In this document: positions 44,628 through 54,228 of the stretch, piece after piece
How positions within the stretch are numbered: the stretch's first letter is position 1
Layout of the letters: each line of letters opens with the position of its first letter
Made by a program: the position numbers and the translations under genes
The notes under the pieces: model-generated
What the model was told of the DNA's origin: nothing
Seen by the model: the letters and a program-made list of their open reading frames with translations, nothing else
Database searches by the model: none
Source of the DNA: an uncultured bacterium
GTDB taxonomy: Bacteria; Bacillota; Clostridia; Christensenellales; HGM11417
Length of the DNA stretch: 64,000 nt
NCBI GenBank assembly: GCA_905215695.1
Contig: CAJMQN010000003.1
Location: forward strand, 171,436-235,435
Reading direction: 5' to 3'

Positions 44628-46133
44628 ATGAGAAAATTTTGGGGCATTGTGCTTGGAGCAATTCTCGCCTGTTCCGCGTTTGCGTGCGGCGGCGGTGGGG
44701 GCAACGTCATGCATACCGCGACGGTCGATGACATGAACGGCAGATTGGGGAAAAACGCCGCCGACCTCGTCGTCACCTTCGAAAATTCGGGATTCGGCGC
44801 GCAGTGGATCGTTGACCTCAAGAACAAATTTCAGACCGCGACGGGAAAGACCGTCTATCTCGAGGGTGAGAAGGGCATCAGCGGCTTTGCTCCGACCCGT
44901 TGGGAGACGGGCAACGACTGTTCGGACGTCTTCTTTATCGACAACGGGCACAGCTGTATTCAGCAGATTGCGCAGGGCTGGGTGGAGGACATCTCGGACG
45001 TTCTCGAGACAGAGGTGGAAAACGGCAAGACGGTCGAGGACCTGCTCTACACGAGTTTTAAGGATTACGGAAGAGTCACGACGGCGACCTATGACGGTTA
45101 CTATTATCTGCCCTGGACAGCCGGAGTCGGAAGTTTCTTCTATAACGCCGAAATTCTCGAGACTGCGGGATGGAGCGACCCGCCCGAAACCTACGCCGAA
45201 CTTCTCGAACTGGTAGCGGACATCAACAATCTTGCCGTCAATAAGGACGGCGACACGTCGAATGACATTCAGCCCTTTGTGTGGTCCACGAAGAGCGCGA
45301 GCTATTGGCAGTTTATCGTGGAGACCTGGTTTGTGCAGTTGGTCGGCAAGGAGAATTATGCCGAGTACGAAAAGATGGAGAATCTCGACTTCTTCGACCC
45401 CGAAAAGACCTGGACAAATCCCGAGACGGGAGAACAGGTGAATTTTGCGGCGAAGAAACGGGAGGCGCTCACCCTTCTCGAGGGACTCATTGTCGATCCC
45501 GCGACAAAGGACATCATCAACACCTCAAAGACGGACAGTTCAAAGGACTATGTTTTTGTACAGTCCGCGTTTGCGGAGGGAAAAGCCGCGATGATTCCCA
45601 ACGGCGCGTGGTTGGAGCGGGAGCTCGCGAACGGCGGTATCCCCGAGGAACAGCTCGAGCACATGCGGGTCATGAGCGTGCCCTTTGCGCCCAATGCCAA
45701 AAAGGACGGCGCGGGGGAGTATATCAAGGTCAACAACACGCTTGCCTACAACTACTGCATGATTCCCGAGAAGGCGGCGCACAAGGAACTCGCAAAGGAA
45801 TTTATCGTCTTCTCCTTGACGCAGGACAATCTCAAGTCCTTTACCTACGAATCCTACGGATTCCGCCCCTATGAATACGAAATCAACAAGGCGTCGCTCT
45901 CCTTCTGCGCGCAGGACATCCGCACCATTCTGACAGAGGCGGAGGCTTCGGGCGGGAACTTTACCTTCAACCCGAAGAGCGAACTCGCGTTTACCGGAGT
46001 CGCGAGCATGTGGTACTACAATCCTTTCAGCAATATGCTGACCGGGTCTCGGGACAGCCGAAAGAGCGCCGCCGAGTGCATTTCGCTCGAAAAGGATTCC
46101 GCAACCTCTATCTGGCAGTCCTATCTGTCCTGA
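44628..46133 (+). CDS. ABC sugar-binding lipoprotein (CUT1-type SBP)
   Basis: Lipobox AFACGGGGG. About 500-aa SBP-like sequence directly upstream of a permease gene. Confidence 0.75.
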   Translation: MRKFWGIVLGAILACSAFACGGGGGNVMHTATVDDMNGRLGKNAADLVVTFENSGFGAQWIVDLKNKFQTATGKTVYLEGEKGISGFAPTRWETGNDCSDVFFIDNGHSCIQQIAQGWVEDISDVLETEVENGKTVEDLLYTSFKDYGRVTTATYDGYYYLPWTAGVGSFFYNAEILETAGWSDPPETYAELLELVADINNLAVNKDGDTSNDIQPFVWSTKSASYWQFIVETWFVQLVGKENYAEYEKMENLDFFDPEKTWTNPETGEQVNFAAKKREALTLLEGLIVDPATKDIINTSKTDSSKDYVFVQSAFAEGKAAMIPNGAWLERELANGGIPEEQLEHMRVMSVPFAPNAKKDGAGEYIKVNNTLAYNYCMIPEKAAHKELAKEFIVFSLTQDNLKSFTYESYGFRPYEYEINKASLSFCAQDIRTILTEAEASGGNFTFNPKSELAFTGVASMWYYNPFSNMLTGSRDSRKSAAECISLEKDSATSIWQSYLS

Positions 46134-46136
46134 CCC

Positions 46137-47318
46137 ATGGAGAAAATCGAAAACGCCGTTTCGGCGTCCGTTCAGAACCCTTCCAAAAAGAAGAAGAGCC
46201 TGCTGCGGAGCAATAAGTTGTTTGTCTTTCTCATGCTCGCCTGGCCGACGGTGCACTTTTTGGTGTTCTGGGTTTATATCTACACCGATACGATCTGGCT
46301 CTCCTTTCACACCCTGCGTTCCACAGGGTATGAGTTCTTCGGCGCGCAGAACTTCGTCAACTTCTTCAACGAAATCGGAAGAGGGGATTCCACGCTCTAC
46401 TACGGAATTGTCAACTCGATCAAGCTGTTTTTCTTCAACGTCATCATCATCATTCCGCTCTCGGTGTTCGTCGCCTACTGTTTCTTTAAAAAGATTGCGG
46501 GATACCGGGCGTTCCGGGTCATCTATTTTCTCCCCAACGTCATTTCGGTCGTCATTATGACCATGGTGTTCCGGTGGGCGTTCGACCTCGACATCGGTTT
46601 TATGAACCGCATTCTCGGGGCGGTCGGGATTTCACAGCCCGAACTCGGCTTTTTCGGAGAGGACAACAGCTTTAACATGATTATGCTGTACAGTCTTTGG
46701 GTGGGCATCGGCTACTATGTCGTGATTCTCACTCTTGTCGGCGTGCTCGTGCCCTTGCAGACTTCCTATGTGGTCGCACAGTATCGGTTTAAACTGCGGA
46801 AAGTCTATTATGCGGTCGCGATCATGACCATTTCCGTTCCCGTGGTGGGCGGACTTGCCTCCATGATCATTCTGCTCACCAAACTCAAGCTGTTTGGCAC
46901 TTACGTCGGCATTTACGTCATGGGCGCGTCAGGGTTTGGCGGGTCGTTTCTGCTCTTTTATTCCTTCTTTCGGAGCATGTCCTGGTCCTACGCGGAGTCC
47001 GCTTTCATCGACGGGGCGGGGCATTTCCGGGTGTTTGTCTCTATCAATCTGCCGATGGCGGTGCCTATCATCGTTTCGGTAATGATTCTGTCCTTTCTCG
47101 CGTCCTGGAACGACTACTTCAACGTCTATATGTACGCAAAGGGCAGACCTACGCTCGCCGTGGGTATCCAATTCCTCGGCGAAATGATGATGTCTCAAAA
47201 CCGTTATCCCGAATTGTTTGCTTTCATGATGGTTTCCATGGTTCCCGGGCTCGTCATCTTCGGGGTCTTTCAGCGGACTATCATGGGCAACGTCTCGATA
47301 GGAGGTCTCAAGGGTTAG
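46137..47318 (+). CDS. Chimeric CUT1 ABC permease (MalF/LplB-like N-terminal ~200 aa joined in frame to MalG/LplC-like C-terminal ~190 aa)
   Basis: The N-part runs to ...NMIMLYSLWVGIGYYVVIL, just before the expected EAA loop. The C-part starts near ...TSYVVAQYRFKLRK and carries the only EAA motif, ESAFIDGAGHFRVFVSINLP. No second permease gene is present. Confidence 0.6.
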   Translation: MEKIENAVSASVQNPSKKKKSLLRSNKLFVFLMLAWPTVHFLVFWVYIYTDTIWLSFHTLRSTGYEFFGAQNFVNFFNEIGRGDSTLYYGIVNSIKLFFFNVIIIIPLSVFVAYCFFKKIAGYRAFRVIYFLPNVISVVIMTMVFRWAFDLDIGFMNRILGAVGISQPELGFFGEDNSFNMIMLYSLWVGIGYYVVILTLVGVLVPLQTSYVVAQYRFKLRKVYYAVAIMTISVPVVGGLASMIILLTKLKLFGTYVGIYVMGASGFGGSFLLFYSFFRSMSWSYAESAFIDGAGHFRVFVSINLPMAVPIIVSVMILSFLASWNDYFNVYMYAKGRPTLAVGIQFLGEMMMSQNRYPELFAFMMVSMVPGLVIFGVFQRTIMGNVSIGGLKG

Positions 47319-47319
47319 T

Positions 47320-48741
47320 ATGAAAAAATGTTATCGGTTTTTGGCGGCGGCGCTCTTTCTTGTGCTGCTCGCGACAGTGGGGTGTAATATGAATGAGGAC
47401 AAGGAAATCAATTTTGACAAACAGGCGAACGCGGAGGGTGTTCCCGTCTATCACAGCGAAGAGGAGTTTACGCTCGGCGCCTGGTACAGCCCGGACGCCA
47501 AAGAGGAGCTTTGGAGATGGCTCAAGGAGTCCAATCTCAATGAGGTGACAATCTTTCCCGCGAATATTCAGAGTGAAGAATATCTGAAAGCCGCGCTTGG
47601 GTATTGCAGGCAGTTTGGTATTCGCGCGCACGTCTATCTCATGAACACGCAGAAACTTTGGGGGAAGGATTGGACCGAACTTCTGGAGGGGTACGGGGAC
47701 GTAATCAATGGCTTTGACGTTTGGGACGAACCCAATCTCGAATCCGACCTTTCCTCCCTTCCGACGCGCCCGGACCTCGAGGACCTCCTGCCGAATATCG
47801 AGTATGTGCTCGAGAATTTCCCGGGGACGCGAATCACGAATACGCTTTGGCCGAACTATGCGACGGACGCGATGATCGGGCTTGCGGACGGGGAGACGTA
47901 CGAGGACTATGTAAAGGCGTACTGCGAACGCATTGTAGAGGAACTTCCCGCGGGAGCGGAGCGCTGGGTGGGGACGGATTTCTATCCCTACTACGTCGAA
48001 AGGTTTGACGGCGGACTGCTCTCCAATCTTGAGGTGTTGCAGCACTACGGCAAGGAAGTCGGCGCGGACGTCTATCTCTATATTCAGACCATGAATTCGC
48101 ACAAACTCAACTGGCGCAAGCCCAACCGCGCCGAACTGAGTTTGCAGTACTATACCGCGCTCTCCTACGGCGTCAAGAACATTCAGATGTTCTGCTATCA
48201 GCAGCCCAAACAGCAGGGCGCGGGGGAGTACGGCTATGAGGACGGCGAGGCGATGATTACGGACGGTTTTACCACGCGCTGGGACGACGACGGCAATCTC
48301 CTGCCCGCGAGCTACGAGCGTACCCAAATCTATTATGACGTTCAGTCCCTAAACGCGGAGGTCCTCAAAATGTCGGAGGCGTACATGGATTTTGAGTGGA
48401 AGGGAGTATTGACCGTGTTCGGAACCAAAAATCGGGTTCGGGACGACTTTTCCAAACTCAAATATACGCTCGAATCCTTTGACGGGCTTGCGTCCTGCAC
48501 TTCGGAGGAGAATATGATTGTCGGATGTTTCCGGGACGGGGAGAACAACGACGGCTATCTCGTCACGAATTACGGAAATCCGGTCGATTTGCGGGATTCG
48601 CGGGTGGACCTCGATTTCGGTGACCGCACCCGCGCGATTGTCTATAAGGGCAGCGAGAGGTATCTCGTCAATCTCATCGGCGGGCACTATATCACGACGC
48701 TTTCGGGTGGCGAAGGACACTTCGTCGTACCGGTGGCATAA
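47320..48741 (+). CDS. Lipoprotein, possible TIM-barrel glycoside-hydrolase-like
   Basis: Lipobox LLATVGC. INGFDVWDEPN resembles acid/base motifs of clan GH-A enzymes. Family not recognised. Confidence 0.5.
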   Translation: MKKCYRFLAAALFLVLLATVGCNMNEDKEINFDKQANAEGVPVYHSEEEFTLGAWYSPDAKEELWRWLKESNLNEVTIFPANIQSEEYLKAALGYCRQFGIRAHVYLMNTQKLWGKDWTELLEGYGDVINGFDVWDEPNLESDLSSLPTRPDLEDLLPNIEYVLENFPGTRITNTLWPNYATDAMIGLADGETYEDYVKAYCERIVEELPAGAERWVGTDFYPYYVERFDGGLLSNLEVLQHYGKEVGADVYLYIQTMNSHKLNWRKPNRAELSLQYYTALSYGVKNIQMFCYQQPKQQGAGEYGYEDGEAMITDGFTTRWDDDGNLLPASYERTQIYYDVQSLNAEVLKMSEAYMDFEWKGVLTVFGTKNRVRDDFSKLKYTLESFDGLASCTSEENMIVGCFRDGENNDGYLVTNYGNPVDLRDSRVDLDFGDRTRAIVYKGSERYLVNLIGGHYITTLSGGEGHFVVPVA

Positions 48742-48761
48742 ATTTACGGGGAGGAATTTGT

Positions 48762-51700
48762 ATGGGAAACAGAACTTTTTCAAAGAGGCTTGCGGTGGCT
48801 TTGCTTGCGCTCGTCGCCGCAGTGTGCTTTGCGCTCGGCGCGGGCTTTGCCCTCGGAAGGGCGCCCGCCGCGCGCGCGGAAGCGCTTTCCGTTGCGTCGG
48901 TGGAGATTGCGGAAGCGGAAAATTATATCGAACAACCGGCTTTTCCGAGCGCATACCTGCTGACAATGTTTTTTAAGGACGTTTCGGGTACTTCGCTTGC
49001 AATCGATAAGAACGCAGAGATGGGAGATTTTGCCTCAAAGATAACGGTGAACGATAAGAGCGCGACGGAATTCGGGCTTGCAAATGCCGGAGAGGGGAAA
49101 AGCGGACTGTTCGAGCAAAAAACTGCGGACGGCGCGACGACGATTACCATCGGGTTTTTGAAAAAGGGTTGGTCCACTTACGGGGACTGGGCAACATTTC
49201 TCGAGAGCAACGGGGAGCCGCTGACCTTGAAAATTCCCGCGCAGACGACCTTTTACAATTTCACCTTTGAATCGGATATTTTGCTCTACTTCTACGAGGG
49301 AAAGTGGCACAAGGAACTGCCCGCGCCGCTGGTAACGACGGAAGCCGCGAGCTTTGCGCTCGGCAACGGAGCGGGGCAGAACCACGGGCTTGTGGGCACG
49401 GATTCGCGCAGGCTTCTCGTCTATGCCTGGCCCGCAGGTTCGACGAACGGGATCAAGCTCGACTATCGGTTCGAGGAGGGGGATTTCTTCTCCAAAATTT
49501 TGCTCGACGGAGAACCTACGGACAAATTTTCCTTCCGAAAGACGGGGGGACATTCGGCGGACGGCGCTTCGCCTATTGACTTCGCCTACGCGGAGGACGA
49601 AACTTTTTGGGGCGTCGATGCGCGCAACTATCGCACGCTGACAGTGCCCGCGGGTACGACCTTCTATAATATCGTGTTTGCGAACGAGATTTCTCTCTAC
49701 TTCTACAGCGGAGAATGGCACGCCGCCGCGCCCGCTGCCGCCGCCACAGCGGACGGCTATGCAATCAACGTCAACAACAATCACCTTGTTTCCGGGGACG
49801 AATATTATTTTATCCTTGTTCTGAAGAACGGAGAGAACGAGGTCGGAATCAGCACTTCCTTCCCCGAAGAGGGAAATTTCGGAACGACTGCCACCTTGAA
49901 CGAAGAGGCGCTCTCCGAATACGGGTTCGGGCTGTCCTCAAAGACCGCGGACAATTCGACGCTTGTCTATTTCTCCTATGACAAGGCAAAATGGGACGCC
50001 GCCGCAGCGGAAGGGATGATTACGCTGAAGATTCCGGAGGGAACAACACTCAAAAATATTACGTTTGCCGCGGAGCTTACCCTTTTCTTCTACAACGGTA
50101 TGTGGATGAATGCGCCCATGCAGGTGTCGCCCGCTTCCTATCAGCAGGCGACGGGAATTTCCGTTCATCCCACGGTCAATCACGGCAATACCGTCGGGGG
50201 AAAGGGACTTATCTTCTATGCGGTCGGAGTAAACGGAAATCTGACGAGCGACAGGACGTATCCGCTCGGGGACTTCTTCGACGCCCTCGAGTGGGACGGC
50301 GGGGACAATCCTGGGTTTGCGCTCAATTTCCGGGGCGGCAATATGGTTTCGAACCTTGAATTTGCCAAACAGGGCACTCTTTTGGATATGGTCTATACCG
50401 AGACGGCGTCCTTCGACGCCGCGTCCCCCGCGTATCGGACGCTCACCGTTCCGCAGGGGACGAAACTCTATGACATCGAATTTGCAGAGGAAGTCAAGCT
50501 CTATTTTTACGACGGAAAATGGAATCTTGAGACACCCTATGACCCGGAGACAGACCTATTCTCCAATCCGGTAAGCCTGCTGATTGAACCCGGCGTCAAC
50601 CATATCAATAGCGGTGGAAAGATGACCCTCGTGTTCTATGCGGAGCAGGCGCCCGGAAAAAATATTTCGCTTCAGACGAAGTATCCCGCGGGGGATTTCT
50701 TTGAAAGAATTACGCTGAACGGAGAGCCTACCGAAAAGTTCTCTTTGCGGCTCAACTATCACGGCGGAAACGGAAAGACCCCCATTGATATTGTCTATGA
50801 CCCCGACGACGTTTTCTGGGCGGCGACGGAGGACGCTTTCCATACTTTGAAGATTCCCGCGGGGGCAAAACTCTACAATGTCGAATTTGCCGAGGAGTTC
50901 AATTTCTACTTCTTTGGAGGCAAATGGCAGCTTCAAAAGCCCGTGCCTGTCGGAGAGCGCGAGTATATCGACATCAACGGATATGCAATCAATTATCTAT
51001 ACAACCATGCTTTGACCGGGACGCGGCGGGATTTGATTCTTCACTTCTACCGCAATTCGGAGTCGGAGGATAAGGTCGCGGTTGCTTTTGACCAAGCTTA
51101 TCCCAAGGGGGATTTCGAGACAAAAATAGCCTTCTATGACAGCGAAGGAAAGCGGATTGAGAGCACCGGACTCGCCGTCGGCTGGGACAAGGGACACATG
51201 ACGCCCGGCTCTAGTGCTGTGCATTTCTGCTATGACGACAATGCCGAGCTTTGGGCAAAAACTGTCAAAGACTTTGTGGAACTGCGTATCGATATGGGGG
51301 CGGAACTCTTCAACCTCAAGATGAACAAGGAGTTCAGTCTGTATTTCTTCAACGGAAAATGGCAGACCAATCGCCCGATTACCGACTACGAAATCGACGA
51401 GGAAAATCTTGACCACTTCACAATCGGCGAACTGGTTGAGGTCAAACCCGCCAAGAAATCCACCTTCCTCATGGGGCAGGACGGTGACCCCGGCGTTGTG
51501 GCGGGAACGCTGACTTCGCCGCTGCTCAATTCCAAGGCTTACGTTCTCGAATTCGATATGAAGATTACGACCGACACCTATTATTTCACCTTCGCGCTGA
51601 ACGGTTCGGGCGGAAATCTTTGGCAGGCAATCAATCTCTTGTTTATCAACAAGAGCGAAACTTTGCGCGGGGTTTCCTATCTCGATTATATCAATCCCGA

Positions 51701-52613
51701 GGGACATTTGCCGGACTATCTCATCAACGACTACTGGTTTGAGAAAGACGTCAAATACAACGTCAAGATTCTTGTTGCGACAGATGTGGAGGGCCGCGGC
51801 GCGCTCCTGCGGCTCACGGTGGACGACATTGTTTGGGGAGAATTGTTCATTCCCGTCAACGAGGGCTATCAGATGTCCGAACTTATGGGCAACGGATTTG
51901 TGCTCTGTGTCAACGACGGTACGGGCGCTTATTTCGGAGCGGCGGAGTTCACGAACATCGATACCAACCCGCCCGCTATATCTTTGAACGGCGATGCGGT
52001 CATCGAGTCCGGCGCGACGGCGGAAGGGTTCGCATATCCGGTTACCGTTTCGGACGGCATTGACGGTATTGTCGAATATACTGCGGAAATCATCAGCGGC
52101 GCGCTCTCGGCGGAGGGAAAATTTGTGGAAAATACGAGTTATGTCGTGCGCTTTACCGCAAGAGACGCCGCCGGGAATACCGGGACGAAGGAGATCACTT
52201 TCCTGTGCAAATACGATGTGACGCCCCCTGAAATTACCTTCGGAGAGAACGTGACGGACGGCGCGGTCAACGCCGCGGTGGGGATTTCGCAGGAGGAACT
52301 GCTCGCTCTCATCGGCGCTGCGGCGACGGACAACAAGTCCTCGAACGTGACGCTGACCTATTCCTTCCCCGAGGGCATGTTCGCGGAGGGAAAACTGCTG
52401 GAGGGAAGATTCCGCGTCGAGTTTACCGCGAAGGACGAGAGCGGAAACGAGACCGTCCTGCGCGTTCGCGTGATCGCGACGGAACAGACCGCTCCGCCCG
52501 AAAAGGGGGGATGCGGCGGATGCGGAAGCATCGGGTTCGGCGGGTTCGGGGGGCTCGGACTCCTGCTTTTCGCCGGGCACTGCGCGGTGGGAGTCCGCAA
52601 GCGGAAGGCTTAA
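48762..52613 (+). CDS. Large cell-surface protein (1283 aa): signal peptide, six ~140-aa tandem repeats, lectin/Ig-like region, Gly/Cys-rich C-terminal anchor
   Basis: N-terminal signal RLAVALLALVAAVCFALGAG. Each repeat ends TL(K/T)(I/V)P.G..(F/L)YN..F..E..LYF(Y/F).G(K/E)W. C-terminus GGCGGCGSIGFGGFGGLGLLLFAGHCAVGVRKRKA. Confidence 0.85.
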   Translation: MGNRTFSKRLAVALLALVAAVCFALGAGFALGRAPAARAEALSVASVEIAEAENYIEQPAFPSAYLLTMFFKDVSGTSLAIDKNAEMGDFASKITVNDKSATEFGLANAGEGKSGLFEQKTADGATTITIGFLKKGWSTYGDWATFLESNGEPLTLKIPAQTTFYNFTFESDILLYFYEGKWHKELPAPLVTTEAASFALGNGAGQNHGLVGTDSRRLLVYAWPAGSTNGIKLDYRFEEGDFFSKILLDGEPTDKFSFRKTGGHSADGASPIDFAYAEDETFWGVDARNYRTLTVPAGTTFYNIVFANEISLYFYSGEWHAAAPAAAATADGYAINVNNNHLVSGDEYYFILVLKNGENEVGISTSFPEEGNFGTTATLNEEALSEYGFGLSSKTADNSTLVYFSYDKAKWDAAAAEGMITLKIPEGTTLKNITFAAELTLFFYNGMWMNAPMQVSPASYQQATGISVHPTVNHGNTVGGKGLIFYAVGVNGNLTSDRTYPLGDFFDALEWDGGDNPGFALNFRGGNMVSNLEFAKQGTLLDMVYTETASFDAASPAYRTLTVPQGTKLYDIEFAEEVKLYFYDGKWNLETPYDPETDLFSNPVSLLIEPGVNHINSGGKMTLVFYAEQAPGKNISLQTKYPAGDFFERITLNGEPTEKFSLRLNYHGGNGKTPIDIVYDPDDVFWAATEDAFHTLKIPAGAKLYNVEFAEEFNFYFFGGKWQLQKPVPVGEREYIDINGYAINYLYNHALTGTRRDLILHFYRNSESEDKVAVAFDQAYPKGDFETKIAFYDSEGKRIESTGLAVGWDKGHMTPGSSAVHFCYDDNAELWAKTVKDFVELRIDMGAELFNLKMNKEFSLYFFNGKWQTNRPITDYEIDEENLDHFTIGELVEVKPAKKSTFLMGQDGDPGVVAGTLTSPLLNSKAYVLEFDMKITTDTYYFTFALNGSGGNLWQAINLLFINKSETLRGVSYLDYINPEGHLPDYLINDYWFEKDVKYNVKILVATDVEGRGALLRLTVDDIVWGELFIPVNEGYQMSELMGNGFVLCVNDGTGAYFGAAEFTNIDTNPPAISLNGDAVIESGATAEGFAYPVTVSDGIDGIVEYTAEIISGALSAEGKFVENTSYVVRFTARDAAGNTGTKEITFLCKYDVTPPEITFGENVTDGAVNAAVGISQEELLALIGAAATDNKSSNVTLTYSFPEGMFAEGKLLEGRFRVEFTAKDESGNETVLRVRVIATEQTAPPEKGGCGGCGSIGFGGFGGLGLLLFAGHCAVGVRKRKA
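48882..51375 (+). repeat. Six tandem coding repeats (~410-440 nt period) inside the surface-protein gene
   Basis: Repeat-end motifs YFYEGKWH (~49290), YFYSGEWH (~49700), FFYNGMWM (~50085), YFYDGKWN (~50500), YFFGGKWQ (~50900), YFFNGKWQ (~51345). Each also has a GDF(F)..I.L.GEPT.KFS block. Confidence 0.8.
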
Positions 52614-52728
52614 CTTTTGAGACAGGAATCTGAATAATCGGTTCGACAGGACCTCTTTTCCGTGATATAATAGTATTAAATCCGGGAAAGGGGTCCGAAC
52701 CTTATCCTAAAATTTTGCGAGGGGTTAT

Positions 52729-54030
52729 ATGAGAAAACTGAAAGCTGTTGTGCTGGGATACGGGGACCGCAGTTCCCGTTATGCGGACTATGCCGCTGTG
52801 CGACCGGACTTGCTGGAAATCGTCGGCGTGATCGACGTGCTTCCCTATAAGCTTGCGGAGGCGAGACAAAAATTCGGGCTGACCGAGGCGCAGACCTTCT
52901 CCGGGCTGGACGAATTTCTGCGGGCGGGGGTGAAGTGCGACTTCGTCATCAACGGCACCATGGACGAACTCCACTACGAGACGAGCATGAAATTGTTGCG
53001 GGCGAAATACGATATTCTGCTCGAAAAACCGATCTGTCCCACCCCTCGGGAACTTCTCGAACTGCGGGACACTGCGGAGGAAAACGGATGTAAAATCGTC
53101 GTTTGCCATGTCCTTCGTTACACCCCCTTCTATTCGACGATCAAGCAGATTCTGGATTCGGGGGAGATCGGAAAAATCGTCGATATACAGATGAACGAGC
53201 ATGTCTGGTACGGGCATTTCGTCAATGCCTTCGTGCGGGGCAAATGGCGGTCGGAAAAACTCTGCGGGTCCGGGCTTTTGCTTGCAAAGTGCTGTCATGA
53301 CCTCGACCTCATGTGCTGGCTCAACAATTCCACTTCGCCCGCGGAGGTTTCGAGTTTCGGCGCGAAGGCGTTTTTCTGCGAGGAAAACGCGCCGGAGGGG
53401 GCTACCAAATATTGTTTCGACTGCCCCGCGCGCGGAAACTGCATGTTTGACGCCTACAAGTTTGAACTCGAAAAGGATTTTATTCCCTTCTATACCTGGG
53501 CGGGATTGAAAAAGCCGATTGAGGAGATTACCCGGGAGGAGAAGGAAGAGTTTTTAAAGCATGACGTCTATGGGCAGTGCGTCTATCGGACGGATATGGA
53601 CCTCGTGGACCGGCAGTGCGTGAGCGTAAATTTCAAAAACGGCTCTATCGGTACGCTGAATTTGGTGGCGGGGACTTCGAAGGCGGGTAGGCATATCCAT
53701 ATCATCTGTACGATGGGGGAAATCGTGGGGTACATAGAGGACAACAAGTTTATTCTGCGAAGGTTTGATTCCCATAAAATCGACTACTCGGAGGAAGTCA
53801 TCGACCTTGAGGAGATCAAGAGCAAGGAAAAGGATAATTCTGTCGCGGGGCACTACGGCGGTGATTATTATATCATGGCGGATCTCGTCAAATATCTGAA
53901 CGGGGAGCCGACTTCCGCCGCGATGACAGTCATTGAGGATTCGGTGAACGGTCACTTATGTTGTTACGCCGCCGAAAAGGCGAGAAAAGAGAGTGCGGTC
54001 GTCAACCTTGACCGCACCTATCGGAGATAA
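52729..54030 (+). CDS. Gfo/Idh/MocA-family oxidoreductase
   Basis: N-terminal Rossmann LKAVVLGYGDRSSRYADY and EKP motif LLEKPICPT. Confidence 0.85.
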   Translation: MRKLKAVVLGYGDRSSRYADYAAVRPDLLEIVGVIDVLPYKLAEARQKFGLTEAQTFSGLDEFLRAGVKCDFVINGTMDELHYETSMKLLRAKYDILLEKPICPTPRELLELRDTAEENGCKIVVCHVLRYTPFYSTIKQILDSGEIGKIVDIQMNEHVWYGHFVNAFVRGKWRSEKLCGSGLLLAKCCHDLDLMCWLNNSTSPAEVSSFGAKAFFCEENAPEGATKYCFDCPARGNCMFDAYKFELEKDFIPFYTWAGLKKPIEEITREEKEEFLKHDVYGQCVYRTDMDLVDRQCVSVNFKNGSIGTLNLVAGTSKAGRHIHIICTMGEIVGYIEDNKFILRRFDSHKIDYSEEVIDLEEIKSKEKDNSVAGHYGGDYYIMADLVKYLNGEPTSAAMTVIEDSVNGHLCCYAAEKARKESAVVNLDRTYRR

Positions 54031-54031
54031 T

Positions 54032-54228
54032 ATGATTCTTAACGTGGGCGCGCGGACAGATATCGCGCAATACTATTCGGAATGGCTGTTGAAACGGTTT
54101 CGGGAGGGGTTTGTCTATACGCGAAACCCGCTTTTTCCCAAAAAGGTCACGCGATATGAACTTGCCCCGGACAAAATCGACGTCGTGCTCTTCTGTTCCA
54201 AGAATTACGCGCCCATTCTGCCGCGGGA
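54032..54228 (+). pseudogene. 5' fragment (~65 codons) of a DUF1848-family gene
   Basis: MILNVGARTDIAQYYSEWLLKRFREGFVYTRNPLFPKKVTRYELAPDKIDVVLFCSKNYAPILPR matches DUF1848 N-termini as I recall them (full length about 300 aa). After about 54225 the frame runs into unrelated sequence. Confidence 0.6.

Noticed and set aside
52640-52701. Long imperfect inverted repeat (GGTTCGACAGGACCTCTTTTCC ... GGGAAAGGGGTCCGAACC) as terminator of the surface-protein gene or as a Spo0A site (contains TTCGACA)
   Set aside because: The 20-nt loop contains a GATATAAT -10 element and no U-tract follows, so it is not a standard terminator. A single 0A-box match is not enough for a Spo0A call. It is mentioned only as a possible degenerate relative of the recurrent motif.
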